Part shown: piece by piece, positions 1 to 17,826 of the stretch
Position numbering within the stretch: the stretch's first letter is position 1
How the letters are laid out: each line of letters starts with the position of its first letter
NCBI RefSeq assembly: GCF_009914755.1
Contig: NC_060932.1
Length of the DNA stretch: 64,000 bases
Direction: 5' to 3' (one strand)
Source: the human T2T-CHM13v2.0 reference genome, Homo sapiens
Program-made: the position numbers and the translations under genes
The notes under the pieces: generated by a model
Database searches by the model: none
What the model was told of the DNA's origin: nothing
What the model saw: only the letters and a program-made list of their open reading frames with translations

Positions 1-454
1 TCACTCCATATTTTTCCAACTGTCAGTCCCATTTTCCTTCAGAAAGTTTATGTCAAAAATGTTCTCAAAGCCCCCAAATTCAGCTTGAGAAAATACAGCT
101 TCACCAATGTTAGTCTAATGATAAAAGTAGTTGAGAACTCAGCTTGGTCCAGAAGCCCATTTGCAAGAAGCTGCTTTTACCACCTAAACATGAATGTAAT
201 TATGTCTATAAATAAATACTAAAATGTCAATAAAAGAGGTTTGCTGGGATCCTCTAATATCAGGTACTAGCTATCAAGTATATTTAATGCCCTTACCATT
301 TAATTTGTATTCTTAATTTGTCTCTTATGAAGTAAAAAGTATCTTTTAAAAAATCTTCACCCAGATTTTAACATTCTGTTTAAAAAGTTTCCTATGTAAT
401 TATGTTATTTTCCTCCATGGAAGGGATTATTGAAAATTTAGATGTTCACTAGAC

Positions 455-853
455 CCAGTTCCCCTTCATGGATACTCAGCTAAACCACATTTTCCATCTC
501 CCTTGCATCAAAGTGATGCCACATGGCCAATCTTCACCACAGGTATATGAGTCCGAGTAGTGTGCCCCTACTAGATGGAGGCAACTGGGGTCAGACAGTC
601 CTTCCCTGCACACTCTTTTTTCATTTGTTGGCCAATCAGATGCAGAATACCCAGCAGAGGACTCTGAGGCGTAAGTGGCCAAAGGGGCCACTAAAAACAA
701 AAAGATCCGGGTCCCTGGATGACAACGTGGAGCAAAACACCCCACCCACTCCAACCCCAGCTGATCCACATTGGACTGGGACATAAACAAGAAGTGTACC
801 TTTGTCAGATTAAGTCACTGAAATCTGGGCACTGTTTGTTACAGTATTACCTA
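455..853 (+). mobile_element. MaLR solo LTR (MLT1J/K-like)
   Basis: MLT1 motifs: 'cacattttccatctcccttgca', 'gaggactctgag', 'gggtccctggatgac..gtggagca', and end 'taagtcactgaaatctgggcactgtttgttacag'. Confidence 0.65.
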
Positions 854-1522
854 AATAGACCGATTCGTTGCCCTGTGAAATAGTGGTTAAATATTGTCTA
901 GTGTCTTTGGAAGGCCAAAAACTTGCACAGCACCAAGTAACTGAGCAAATCCATGGCTCTAATAGTCTGAACCCTTGTTCAGACTGACAAGTCTGACACT
1001 TAGCCCTTGAGTTCATCCTGCTTTGCATTAGCTCCTCATCTCAACTGCAAGCACCAGGGAAACAAAGTTCTTATTTTACCTTCAATTTTACACTGCCTAC
1101 TGCAACTAGTACATTTTGAATAGTTAATCATAGTGATTAATTAATGAAATGTTTTAAGAGCCTGCTTATTTTTGGTTAGAAAGGATCTGGGATGGAAAAA
1201 TGAAAGTAGCATTTGCTGAAACTCTATTGAATGCTTGGTGCCTTGTAAGTTCTAACCCAGATGTCTCTGGATATTGTCACCTTAAGCCTCGCATGCCACA
1301 CCAGGGGAAGTCCAAAGCCTTCTCTGTAAATTTCTAGGGAAACTAACCCTCCCATGATCATCTGTAGCTCCGATTTCCATGCCCTGCTGCATCTATTCAG
1401 TTTGTGGATCATCCTTCTATATCATACATCCTCCATCTGGCCCACCTCCTGACAACTCAAGCATGAAGTTCAACCTCTCCAGTTTCTACCACACACATGC
1501 ATATGTATAGACACACATGCTT

Positions 1523-1552
1523 GCTCTCTCACTCTCTTTCTCTCTCTCTCTC
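1523..1552. repeat. (TC)n microsatellite
   Basis: 'gctctctcactctctttctctctctctctc' read directly. Confidence 0.8.
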
Positions 1553-2029
1553 AAATGCTATTCATGTGTGTGATACACTTGACCAAGGATTTAGCCAAAG
1601 GAGAGATGGTTGCATCCTAGCAAATCATCTAATTTAAATATTATCCTTCCTATTCTTCAAGGCTCTGTGGCTCTGGCCATCAGACATTTTTCGGGGGTCC
1701 TTCTTACAACTTCAGCTTCAGGTCACCTCAGTAACTTCTTTCACACACTTTCCTCTTATCTTCCTTCTCATCCCTTTCCTTCCAGGTAGCCCCAATGCAC
1801 CCCCAATTCATATTCTTTTCACTCCATTATAGAAAGGGTCCAGCTTACCCTGGATCCTACTGCCTAAGGCTCTAGGCACACACTTGCATATATTAACAGA
1901 GACCCAGCTGACCCAAAAAAACTTCCCTTCAATGAAAAGCAGGCTTCCTAGAAAGTCACTGTGGCTTAATTTTTTTTCTTCCTCCATTACACACACAGAT
2001 GCATACAATAATAAAACATTCGCCTCCAC

Positions 2030-3258
2030 ATTGCTAAATCCAATGGTCAATATTCAGATCTCATCCTACTTGACTTCTCAATAGCATTTGACTCTAGTGG
2101 GTCACTCCCTCCCCTCTGAACACTTTCTTCATTGGACTTCCAGGATAACATACCCACCTGGTTTTCCTCCTACCTTCCTGGCTGCCAGACTTCTTTGCTG
2201 GCATCCCCTACCATCCCAACCTCTACTAAATGTCGGTTTTGGGATCTAATCTGTTTCTAAATCTACATTTACCAAAATTAGACAAGATGTTACTCCATCC
2301 AGTCTCACAGCTTTAAATATCATCCCTTTGCAGACAATTCCCAAACATATATCTTCATTACAGATCCCTCTCCTAAACTTTGGATTTATTTATCTAACTG
2401 CCATTGTATGTCTTTACTTGGCATCTTAAATTTAGGAAGTCCAGAAACAAAGTCCTGATTTCCACTCCATGTGACAGACTGACTTCTCCCCAAACCTTCC
2501 CCCTCTCAGTAAACGGCAACTCCATCCTTCCTGTTGTTCACTCACCTTTGAGTCCTCTTTCTTTAATACCCCACATCCACGCCAGTAGCAAATCAGCTTT
2601 ACCTTGAAAATACGTAAAGAACCCAACCATTCCTCTCCACTTTCACTAATACCACCCTGGCTCAAACACTAGACTTTCTTATCTAACTGGTCTCCCTAGT
2701 TCTTCCCTGATTAAGATTAATCATTCTATTCTGAACACAGCAGCCACAGTGGTCCTGTTAAAATGCATGTCACTTATCTATCTAAAACTCTCCTCAACTC
2801 AGACTAAAGGTCCTTACAGTGACCCATAAAACCCTACATGATCTTATCACTGTCACCAAACCTCATTGATTGCTACCCTCCACCCCTACCCCTTCTCTCC
2901 AGCCAGCTAGACTAATCTACTCTATTTCTCAAACATGCCACGCATATTCCTGCTTCAGGGCCTTGGCTCTTACCTTCCATCTGCCTAAAATGTTCTCACA
3001 CATTCTTCATTTCTTCCTGTCAATATCATTTTCTTCATGTAAATATCAATTGCATACTTCCTACCCTCATTTCTGCTGCATTTTTTCTTACACTTATTAC
3101 CATCTAACATATATTTTACTTACTTGCTTTGTTTATTTTCTGTCTTTCCTACCAAAATATGGGCATCTACTTTTATTGATGTTGTTCACTGCTGTATTTC
3201 CAGTGGTTACAACAGTGCCTGGCATGCAGAAGGTACTCCATAAATATTTGAATGAATA
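2030..3258 (+). mobile_element. L2 (L2a-like) LINE 3' portion
   Basis: L2 motifs 'ttgctaaatccaatggtcaa..tcatcctacttgacttctcaatagcatttgac' and 3' end 'acagtgcctggcatgcagaaggtactccataaatatttgaatgaat'. Confidence 0.8.
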
Positions 3259-3540
3259 TCAACAACAGCTCTGGAAGCGATTTTTGTCCCATGCTTCATA
3301 TGAGGAAACAGGTCAGAGAGGTGACAATAATTTGTTCAGTTCGTAAGTGAAGTTGGGGTTCAAATTCCATTCCAGAACAACTCTAAACACTATATTAGTA
3401 TCATAACACAATATTATCTTCCAGAGGGACTCAGCGCTTCACAACCACAAGAGATCTCTGCTACACTTCTGAAGTCTGTGAAACCAACCGAAATCAACTA
3501 AACACTAGCAATTGTCAAATAAATTGTATACATTATCTCG

Positions 3541-4035
3541 TTCATTCATTTAGTCAACAAATATTGATAATCTACTGTGTGACAGGATATGTGCCAGCAC
3601 TAAGAATTCAAAGATAACAAAAACAGACAAGGTTCCAATCTTCCCAAACATGAACCAAAAACCACACAGATCAATGGAAAATTGCACCTATGATAAGTGC
3701 AATGAGGAAGATGTGTACAAAGGTCAGCCGATCTACAAGTCAGGGAAGGCTTTTCTGGAGTAGGAACATGTAAGCTGAGTTCTAAAAGGTGGGTAGGAGG
3801 GAAAAGAGGGACGTTCCAGACAGAGGGAGCAGCACGTGCAAAGGCCCTGTGGTGAGAGGGTGCATGGTGAATGGGAGGGATGGAAAGAAGGCCAGTGTGT
3901 CTGGAGCCAAGGGCTTTGGTGATTCATGCTGCAGGGGAAGGCTGAAAGGTAGAGGCTGGACTTCACAGGGAGTTGCAGCCCAGTTAAGATAAAGTGCCCT
4001 TTATCCCAGAGCAATGGGAGCCACTGAAAGCTTTG
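3541..4035 (-). mobile_element. L2 fragment
   Basis: Antisense L2 tail 'ttcattcatttagtcaacaaatattg..tgtgacagg', 'gcacgtgcaaaggccctgtgg', 'gcaatgggagccactgaa'. Confidence 0.7.
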
Positions 4036-4099
4036 ATTTCAATCGAGGCTTAACCAATTTTTCTTAAGCATCCATCATTTGTCAAACAAAACTTCCAAA

Positions 4100-4250
4100 T
4101 CCCTTAGGAAGATATTACTAGCCCATTTCCTGGGAGAGGAAATTGATTCTTTTAAGAGTTAAGTGACAAGCCCAAGGTCACATGGTTGGCAAGTGGCAGA
4201 ACCAGAATCTAGAAGCAGACTAGATCAACTTTGAAGCCAATGTTCTCTCA
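4100..4250 (-). mobile_element. MIR SINE
   Basis: MIR core antisense 'gttaagtgac..cccaaggtcacatggttggcaagtggcagaaccagaat'. Confidence 0.65.
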
Positions 4251-5008
4251 TCTGGTAAATGAGAAAAGGACAGAAATGCTGAGAAACCAGCATTTGCCCC
4301 TCACCAGGGGCAAGATGAGGGCAAAAATTCCCAATCACCTTCAACATATCTGCAAGAACCTGTGTTTCATCCTTCTCTATCCACCTGCCCTGAGGAAGGA
4401 GGCCTGTTCCTCAGCTCTCTGGGCCCTCAAGGCTGCTCTTCCAATTCATCTGGGCCCAGGCCAAAGAGCAGGTGCCAAAAGACATTAACAGTCATTGGTG
4501 TGATTGAAAAGTGACTGAAAAGTAGAGGGTCAAAGAATACCAACAGGTCATATAGTCCCAAGAATTATAGGAATAGAGTGACTCAGCTCTACATTTCACT
4601 TGGCTTTCTTAAAAAGGTAGTATTAATTATTGTTATTGTTATTTTATTATTTTGGCAAAAGCTTGAGACAGTTGCAAAAGGACTGGATTAGAGGCAGAAA
4701 GGCCTGTTTTCCTCTTTTTTGTTTTTTTAATGAAAACTTCCCAAGGACCCCTTTTCCTCTCTATCTGCTTAAAATAATTTCTTTTTTTATTTTTATTTTA
4801 TTTTATTATAATTTAAGTTCTAGGGTACATGTGTACAATGTGCAGGTTTGTTACATATGTATACATGTGCCATGTTGGTGAGTTGCACCCATTAACTCGT
4901 CATTTACATTAGGTATATCTCCTAATGCTATCCCTCCCCGCTCCTCCAACCCCATGACAGGCCCCAGTGTGTGATGTTCCCCATCCTGTGTCCAAGTGTT
5001 CTCATTGT

Positions 5009-8806
<3,798 letters not shown>

Positions 8807-8869
8807 TATGATGTTAGCTGGTTATTTTGCCCATTAATGGATGCTGTTTCTTCATAGCATCAATGGTTT

Positions 8870-9894
8870 TTACCATTTGGCATGTTTTTGCAGTGGCTAG
8901 TGCCAGTTGTTCCTTTCCATGTTTAGTGCTTGTGTCAGGAGCTCCTGTAAGACAGGCCTGGTGGTGACAAAATCTCTCAGCATTTGCTTGTCTGTAAAGG
9001 ATTTTATTTCTCCTTCACTTATGAAGCTTAGTTTGGCTGGATATTAAATTCTGGGTTGAAGATTCTTTTCTTTAACAATGTTGAATATTGGCCTCCACTC
9101 TCTTCTGGCTTGTAGAGTTTCTGCCAAGAGATCTTCTGTCAGTCAGTCTGATGGGCTTCCCTTTGTGGGTAACCCAACCTTTCTCTCTGGCTGCCCTTAA
9201 CATTTTTTCCTTCATTTCAACTTTGGTAAATCTGACCATTATATATCTTGGAGTTGCTCTTCTTGAGGAGTATCTTTGTGGTGTTCTCTGTATTTCCTGA
9301 ATTTGAATGCTGGCCTGCCTTGCTAGGCTGGGGAAATTCTCCTGGATATCATGAAGAGTGTTTTCCAGCTTGGTTCCATTCTCCCCATCACTTTCAGGTA
9401 CACCAATCAAACATAGATTTGGTCTTTTCACATAGTCCCATATTTCTTGGAGGCTTTGATCATTTCATTTTACTTTTTTCTCTAAACTTCTCTTCTCACT
9501 TCATTTCATTCATTTGATCTTCAATTACTGATACCCTTTCTTCTGCTTGATCGAATCGGCTACTGAAGCTTGTGCATGCGTCGCGTAGTTCTCATGCCAT
9601 GGTTTTCAGCTCCATCAGGTCATTTAAGGTCTTCTCTACACTGTTTATTGTAGTTAGCCATTAGTCTAATCTTTTTTCAAGGTTTTTAGCTTCTTTGCGA
9701 TGGGTTCGAACATCCTCCTTCAGCTTGGAGAAGTTTGTTATTACCGACCTTCTGAAGCCTACTTCTATCAACTTGTCAAAGTCATTCTCCATCCAGCTTT
9801 GTTCCGTTGCTGGCTAGGAGCTGTGATCCTTTAGTGGAGAAGAGGCATTCTGATTTGTAGAATTTTCAGCTTTTCTGCTTTGGTTTCTCCCCAT
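8870..9894 (-). pseudogene. L1 ORF1 remnant, disrupted
   Basis: Fragment 9072-9431 reads KRPNL.LIGVPESDGENGTKLENTL..QENFP; ATG at 9894. Confidence 0.9.
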
Positions 9895-10478
9895 CTTTGT
9901 GGTTTTATCTACCTTTGGTCTTTGATGATGGTGACCTACAGATGGGGTTTTGGTCTGGATGTCCTTTTTTGTTGATGCTGATGCTATTCCTTTCTGTTTG
10001 TTAGTTTTCCTTCTAACAGTCAGGTCCCTCAGCTACAGGTCTGTTGGAGTTTGCTGGAGGTCCACTCCAGACCCTATTTGCCTGGGTATCACCAGTTGAG
10101 GCTGCAGAACAGCAAATATTGCTGCCTGATCCTTCCTCTGGAAGCGTTGTCTCAGAGGGGCACCTGGCTGTATGAGGTGTCAGTCGGCCCCTACTGGGAG
10201 ATGTCTCCCAGTTAGGCTACATGGGGGTCAGGGACCCACTTGAGGAGGCAGTCTGTCTGTTCTCAGAGCTCAAAAACCATGCTGGGAGAATGACTGCTCT
10301 CTTCAGGGCTGTCAGACAGGGACATTTAAGTCTGCAGAAGTTTCTGCTGCCTTTTGTTCAGCTATGCCCTGTCCGCAGAGGTGGAGTCTAGACAGGCAAG
10401 CAGGCCTCGTTGAACTGCGGTGTGCTCCACCCAGTTTGAGCTTCCAGGATGCTTTGTTTACCTACTCAAGCCTCAGCA

Positions 10479-10661
10479 ATGGTGGATGCCCCTCCCCCAG
10501 CCAGGCTTCCACCTTGCAACTCAGTCTCGGACTGCTGCACTCACAGTGAGCAAGGCTCCGTGGGCATGGGACCCACTGAGCCACGCGCAGGATATAATCT
10601 CCTGGTGTGCTGTTTGCTAAGACTATTGGAAAAGCACAGTATTTGGGTGGCAGAGTCCTGA
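10479..10661 (+). other. L1 antisense ORF0 homolog (60 aa) in the antisense-promoter region
   Basis: gcaATGG start; MVDAPPPARLPPCNSVSDCCTHSEQGSVGMGPTEP.. is similar to primate L1 ORF0 (MAGAPPPASLPPCSLISDCC..). Confidence 0.75.
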
Positions 10662-10956
10662 TTTTCAGCTACAGTCTGTCATGGCTTCCCTTGGCTAGGA
10701 AAGGGAAATCCCCCCACTCCTTGTGCTTCCCAGGTGAGGCGATGCCCCACCCTGCTTTGACTCACCCTCTGTGGGCTGCACCCTCTGTCCAACAAGTCCC
10801 AGTGAGATGAACCAGGTACCTCAGTTGGAAATGCAGAAATCATCCATCTTTTGCGTCAATCATGCTGGGAGCTGCAGACCAGAGCTGTTTCTATTCGGCC
10901 ATCTTGGAACCCTACCCGCTAAAGATCACAATACTTACCATATGTATTAGAGTATC

Positions 10957-11455
10957 ATGATGGCCAACCTCTAAGATCACCCCCAGTGATTCCCATCTCC
11001 TCAAATTCACAACTTTCTGTGGTCTCTTTCCACACTGTACCAAGGCTGAGTTGTGTAACCAATAGAGTAGAGAAGAAGTGATGGTATGTCACTTCTGAGA
11101 CTAGCTTAAAAGACACAGCTTCCATCTCACTCTTTCTCTTTCCCTCTTGGGTAACTCATTCTAGGGAAACCAGATGCCACTGTGTGAGCAATACCATGGA
11201 GAGACCCACAGGCTGAAGAATCAAAGCCTCCTGCCAGTAGCCATGCAAATGAGCTTGAAAGTGGGTCCGCCAGCCCAGCCAAGCCTTGAGATGACTGCAG
11301 CCCCAGCCAACATCTTGACTGCAACCTCATGAAAAACTCTGAGCTGCAATTACCAGCCCAGGCACTCCTGAATTCCTGACCCTCAGAAACTGTCTTAGAT
11401 AACAAGCATCTGTTTGTTTAAGGTGCTAAGTTTTGGTGCAATATGTTACTTAGCA
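10957..11455 (+). mobile_element. MaLR solo LTR (MLT1F-like)
   Basis: 'cctctaagatcacccccagtgattccca..agaagtgatggtatgtcacttctgaga..gatgactgcagccccagccaaca..ttcctgaccctcagaaactgt..gctaagttttgg'. Confidence 0.8.
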
Positions 11456-12951
11456 AAAAGATTGATTGACTGATTGATTATTTAAATTTACACATATAAT
11501 CTATAAATTTAAATACATATTATTTTACATATTCATTTTCTGTCTTCCCCACTGAAAGATCTAACACATTCACTCTTGTATTATCAGTGCTTAGAACTCT
11601 GCCTAACACACAGCAGGCACTCAATAGATATTTGCAGAAGAAACAATTAAAATGTGTTACTGCTTTTAGTAACACATTTTAACATCAATAAAACATTTAT
11701 CACTGTACAGCCTAAAAATACCTGCATTGTCTCAGTGAATCCTATGTCTAACAGTAAACTAGATATGCCTTCCATTTCATAATGGAAAACCAGCAGTTCC
11801 AAGACCTCTGGTGATTTGTTTATGGCCACCCTACCACTGTATTATAGAGCTAGTGTTCCAAACCCCAGCTTCTGATTTCAACCCCGGGAATTTTTCTCCT
11901 ACACACATTGACTCTTATCAGTCATCCACAGAAGATGAGCTCTGTCATTCCGACATTCATGTTTCTGCACAAAGCATCCAGCATGTTCGTGTTCTGGGGC
12001 AGCTACCTCTTGTCCATCCATCTTGTGGCTTGACTTATCAGGCTCACTTGACCCAATGTCAACACTGGGTGGAAAAATTCCTGTGTGGGAGCACAGCATT
12101 GTTAATTTCTCTTTTAAGTGGTAATGTAATACCATTTAATACCCAATACATTACATGGGTTTTCTTTCCTCTACCAAAACTATAAAAGGAAGCAAAAACA
12201 TGCTTAACAGTCCCCAGGACTCGATTTTAAATATACTACCAAGCTCAAACTCTCCAAAGACTTCTAAATGTGGATCATTTCTTCAATCCCTACACAAACA
12301 TTTTTTTGAATGATAGCAAGTTCTGAAGTATCTGTGGTGTTTCACCACTGAGCAGATTATCTAAGAATCCTCCTTTCTCCTGCCCAATTAAGTCCCAGTT
12401 TGGTACAGGTGAGGAAGAGCATGTGTTTAGTTGAAATCAAGACAAAGTAATCCAGAAAAGGCTTCACAACTAAGTTAGAACGTGTTTCTTTGTGCCATTC
12501 TTAAACCAAATATAATCTGATTTCCAGGGATGAAAAAGATATCAGATGCATATGTTAAATTAATTTGCCTTAAAAATCGAGTTTTTGAAATGTTTTTGGT
12601 ATCACATTCACTGATAATTACCATTATCATTTCTCACGTTTCTGTAAGAAAATCCTGACCCAAGATAGAATTATTAAATTTTAATCAAATTAGGATCCCA
12701 GATTTGTTTCAAAGGCATTCTTGGGTTTGTTGACTCTGATTTATATATAAAATGGAGATAATAAGACCCCCACCTCATAGATTTGTTGTTGTGAGGATTA
12801 AATAAGTGGTTAGAAGAGCGCCTGGTACGTAGTGATCATTATGTAACTGTTGGTTATTAACATTGTAGTTGTTACCATTTTATTGTTATTATTTTATCAT
12901 TATTATTAAATTGTTCATGTCTTTGCTTCCCTCTAATAGCATAAATACTTA

Positions 12952-13251
<300 letters not shown>

Positions 13252-14129
13252 TCATGCCCTAAACAAAAACATTATTTAAGAAAGATCTTGGAGAATGTCC
13301 CACATACTATTTCTAGTTGCAACACTGCCTTCCTATGTCATTTTGCTCAAATAAGTTCTAATCTGCCGCCAGAAAATTTTATGATCCCTGGCAGTGGAGT
13401 AAGAAGTTGCCAGTGATTACAGGACTGAATAACTATCAAATAATTTAGGTTTTTGTTTGAGAGGCACTGGGTATAAGACTTTGTATTATTCTTATTCTGT
13501 GTCCTGAGGGTAAAAAGGAGTAAGGGAGATAAGCATTCTTTGCCCAGATGTCTCCAATCAGGATTAGGTTCCCCGAGTCATTTCCAAGATAAAATCTAGA
13601 TTGCCTTATCTCACACACCTTGAGCTAAGAGGGAATACCTGTAAAACAATAGAAATTTTGGAGCTAGTTCCCTAAAATGTTCCTTCACATGATAAAATTT
13701 TTTCTCACCATCAGTATTTTTCTTCCCATGATTTTCTACTAGGAAAGCAACAATTTCAATTGTTCCAGGTAGATTAGATTTGATAGATACACTGATAAAG
13801 TCTCATTAAAGGAACATTAGTACTACATGATACAGTAAACTCACTTCATCCTTAATAGAAATCAAGCACTTTTCTTTGCCTAACAAAAGGAAGGTTTTTT
13901 TTAGAAGTTTTGTTTATGTTCGTCGACATATGACAGTATGTCTATATACTTCCAACAGAAATGATTTAACATAACCATAATGAAGACAGTTCCAAAAGAG
14001 AAGCAAAATGCTTTTTTTTTTTTTGTATCTTACCAGAGCAGTATTTTACCTCAAATAGTCTATCTCCAGAAGCTGCATTTTTTAACTCTAAGCGACACTG
14101 TGTGCCATCCTGGTAGACTCCAAATACTA

Positions 14130-14450
14130 TCTCTTTGTTAATGACTTAAAATTTTCTGCTCTAACTCGTTCTCTTTCTTGAGCCCTTAACTGCCTACAGG
14201 GCATTTGTACTTGGTCATCTAATAGAATAGCTCAAACTTAACTAATCAATCACTCTTGCCTCAATGTTTACACAACACTTTGGATAGACTCCAGCATGGT
14301 CCCTATCATATACTACAATGTAATGATCTACGTATATGTATCAATCTCATTTTCTAGAACATGAGAACCCAGAATGCAGAGATCTTTTGAAAATCTATGT
14401 TTTTAGTTTTAGCATATGACAGGCATTTGACAAATGTATGTTGAACAAAT
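14130..14450 (+). mobile_element. L2 fragment
   Basis: 'aactgcctacagggcatt..ctcaaacttaac' and 3' end 'aggcatttgacaaatgtatgttgaa'. Confidence 0.5.
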
Positions 14451-14629
14451 ATCTGTTGTAGCAACTACATTTATGACTCATGTTAACAAGAACATAGGAC
14501 TAACAAGCAGACAGAATGGAGTCAGGCTGGCTGACTGGGTGAGGATAGGAAAGAGGAATAAATAGTCACAAAAGGTCAGGGGATAGAAGAGTCATGATTA
14601 CAGGTCTCCAACCTACCTTTACCACATAC

Positions 14630-14803
14630 CTGATACTTGGGGTTGAAATCACAGGAAGCTCCAAACTGTCATCACTGCCTAGGCCTCTTTTATGACGGTT
14701 CTCTTGGCAATAGATTTTTGCCAGAGTGTGAAAGAATTTCATGTTCAAAGCCTCAGAGAAAGCTGATAGTTCTTCCTTTTTCAATAGGCCAAACATCAAG
14801 CAA
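14630..14803 (-). other. Candidate internal exon (174 nt, open frame CLMFGLLKKEELSAFSEALNMKFF..STPSIR)
   Basis: Minus strand: long T-rich tract plus 'ctctgtgttag|' acceptor; 'ATCAG|gtatgt' donor; unique sequence; one frame open (phase 2-2). Confidence 0.4.
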
Positions 14804-15171
14804 CTAACACAGAGTATTAAAAAATAAATAAATAAAATAAACTTATTTAATTTAATTTAATTTAATTTAAAAAGCAACGAACGGAAAGTGGTTTAGATTC
14901 ATAAAAACTGCACCAAGATGGTTTGACCCCTTGGAGCCAAAACGCTGAAGTCAAAAACATCCTAGCATGTTGAGGCAACCAAAGATGTCATCTCCCAAAG
15001 CTGTAAAATTTGACTCTCCCACAGCTATAAGGTGTTTCTGCAGAACTTCACAGCAAAAGGATTCGTTTTGGTTGAGAAAAGGTCCATTCCAAACATAAAA
15101 GAATCTCCCGTATTTAGAAGGGCGGATAGGTTCTCATCCTCAAACATGGGTTTGTAAAAGGTGCTATATAT

Positions 15172-15292
15172 AAACTAACTATATAATTTATTTTCCAACT
15201 TGAGACACTTTTGAAATGGAACACAAATAATACACTGAGACAACAGCATAAGTCAGAACTTTCCTAGGCACACCAGGGCAGGAGGTGATTCA
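15172..15292 (+). mobile_element. MER94-like hAT-Blackjack relic
   Basis: 'actatataatttattttccaacttgagacacttttga..acactgagacaacagcataagtcagaact..ggcacaccaggg'. Confidence 0.5.
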
Positions 15293-16964
15293 AACTGCAG
15301 AGGAAAGGAATGAGGGATTTAGGAATGTGTGTACAACTCTGTCCTCATATAATCCCATGGTGAATAAACACAGAAAGTCCTCAACAAATTGGACCCTACT
15401 AACTCAGAGTTTGTGCTAAATGCAGACACTTTAGATGATTTTCATACTTAATTTGATTACTTCATCCACCAAGAGTTTGGAATATCCGGGGACAGGGGCA
15501 TGATGGATTTTGACCAGTCTATATAAATCCTTTCTATCCATTCTATTCATTCAGTCTTTCAGCAAACTTTTGTTGAGCATCAAGTACAATTTGGGAACTA
15601 ATTAGAGCTCTGGGCAGGGCAATTACAAAAATGAATGACACATACCTTCCCTCAAAGCGTAGGCATGCTAATAGATGACATACATGAAACCAAATAATTG
15701 CAGTGCAATATATTTAAATGCCAAAAGCACATATTTCCCAAGAGAGCATACATGACTAGCTAAAATTCTTGAGGCTGCTGGCATCCCTCTTTACACAATG
15801 GCATCGTATTTTGTGATGTGAAACCCAGGTAAATTGTCATTCTTCCTTGCCTCACTTTTCTTACTGAGGTCTATTTGTATCTTAGTTCACAACATGTACT
15901 TAAGATTTATAAAATTACATCTATTTAAATATCTTCCATAATTCAGGTTGTTAAACTAAAAAAGAACTCTCTTCTTTCCTCTCTTTCTTCTAGCTTTAAA
16001 TTACATGGTTCTGTGATTTTCCTTTGCCTTTTATTCCACATGAGTAAAGGTTTGCTTTGCAGGAATGCTTATTAAGAAAGGATGGCCATCTCAGCCAAAT
16101 TGCAAAATACACCACACAGTTTTAAGTGGGAAGGCAGATGAATGAACAATCTGAAATTCCCCTTCACTTCAATACTACTGAAATGCCTCAGCTGTGAGGT
16201 GACATTTCCATGAACTTCTCTTTTTAAGAATTTAGAATTCTATTCTGTAGACCAGATCGATTCCCTTCTGAAAGTCGTTACATGGGCTCCTATTTTCCTT
16301 ACTGGTTTTAGAAGTAATCAACACCTCCGTTTTTCACATTTACTCAGTCATTTAAGCAATTGCAAGACATATCACATACATTGGCTCATTTATCTAGCTT
16401 TATTTCCTTTCAAATCAAGAAAGCTTTCCAAGTGGGTCTGTTTATTTGAGAAAGGTAGACAGTGAAATTAGCTCATGCATTGATGTATCTGATGTATTAT
16501 TTCTCCCATTTTGCACGTGGTAAAGTAAAATTTGATGGACGTCTGTGAAACCGTCTGCCAAGCAACCCTTCCATGTTTGCCTGAGATCTAACCCCTTGCT
16601 CCCTTCTCCCTTAAGCCTAGCCCCCATGGCTACTCTGGGAGTCACGTAGTCTTCCCTGACCCTAGCCCTGGCCATTATTGGTGATTCCAGAGTAGACACT
16701 GACCTACTCAACCAATCATATCATCCTGCTGTCTGTTCAGCCATAAGCCTCACCAAAGCCAAATGGTTTGGGGTAGACTGCCCAGTCTTGGGCCAATTAA
16801 GTCCTTCAGGATGATTGAAAAGTGCTAAAATGGTTATTCCTCTCTCACAAAAGAAGTCATAACATGAAAAATTGATATAGATTTATACTCAGAGCACTTG
16901 AGAACTCCACATCCTTGCTCCAATTATTCATTGTATTATTGAAAAGATTATTTATCTTATTTTT

Positions 16965-17215
16965 TTGCTCTTCTTTTTTGCAAAAGATGACTTTTATTGT
17001 TATTTTAATTTGCACTTCCTGAATTTGCACCCTAAGGAGGGTTTCACTTCACGTTTATTGGCCATTTGATTTTCTTTTTCTATGAATTCTTTGCTCATAT
17101 CTTTTGTACATTTTATGTTGGGATGTTGGTCTTTTCCCTATTGACTCATAGAAGTTCTTAATAGTTTACAAATATTAGCCTTTTACAGCTTCACATGTTA
17201 ATTTTCTCCAGTTAA
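16965..17215 (-). mobile_element. Old L1 (L1M) fragment
   Basis: 'ttttaatttgcacttcct..gtttattggccatttg..ttttctatgaattctttgctcatatcttttg'. Confidence 0.6.
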
Positions 17216-17229
17216 AAATAGAGACTTTT

Positions 17230-17542
<313 letters not shown>

Positions 17543-17700
17543 TTAGCTAAATATTATTTAGAAGAGACACAATTAAGCCAAGTAACAGAGAAAGGTTTAA
17601 AATATAAAGATATAAATGTGTGCCAAAAAAATGCTAACAATAACAAAACAGATTTGACAAAATAAAACTCATTCAATCTGTACAGATGAAAATACATTGA

Positions 17701-17826
17701 GGCTGAATGTGATGGCTCATGCCTGTAATCCGGTACTTTGGGAAGATGAAGTAGGAGGACAGCTTTAGGCCAGGAGTTTGAGACCAACCTGGACAAAACA
17801 GTGAGATCCTATTTCTACAAAAAAAG
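17701..17826 (+). mobile_element. FLAM/AluJ left monomer
   Basis: Diverged left arm 'ggctgaatgtgatggctcatgcctgtaatc..caggagtttgagaccaacctggacaaaacagtgagatcc' plus A tail. Confidence 0.85.

Noticed and set aside
476-790. 104-aa ORF as a gene
   Set aside because: Lies within an MLT1-type LTR; no recognisable protein or exon structure.
2870-3346. 158-aa hydrophobic ORF as a membrane protein
   Set aside because: Overlaps T-rich L2 sequence; composition artefact.
14033-14110. Minus-strand exon candidate
   Set aside because: Resembles the 5' end of a MIR, has a weak acceptor, and is out of phase with the 14630 candidate.
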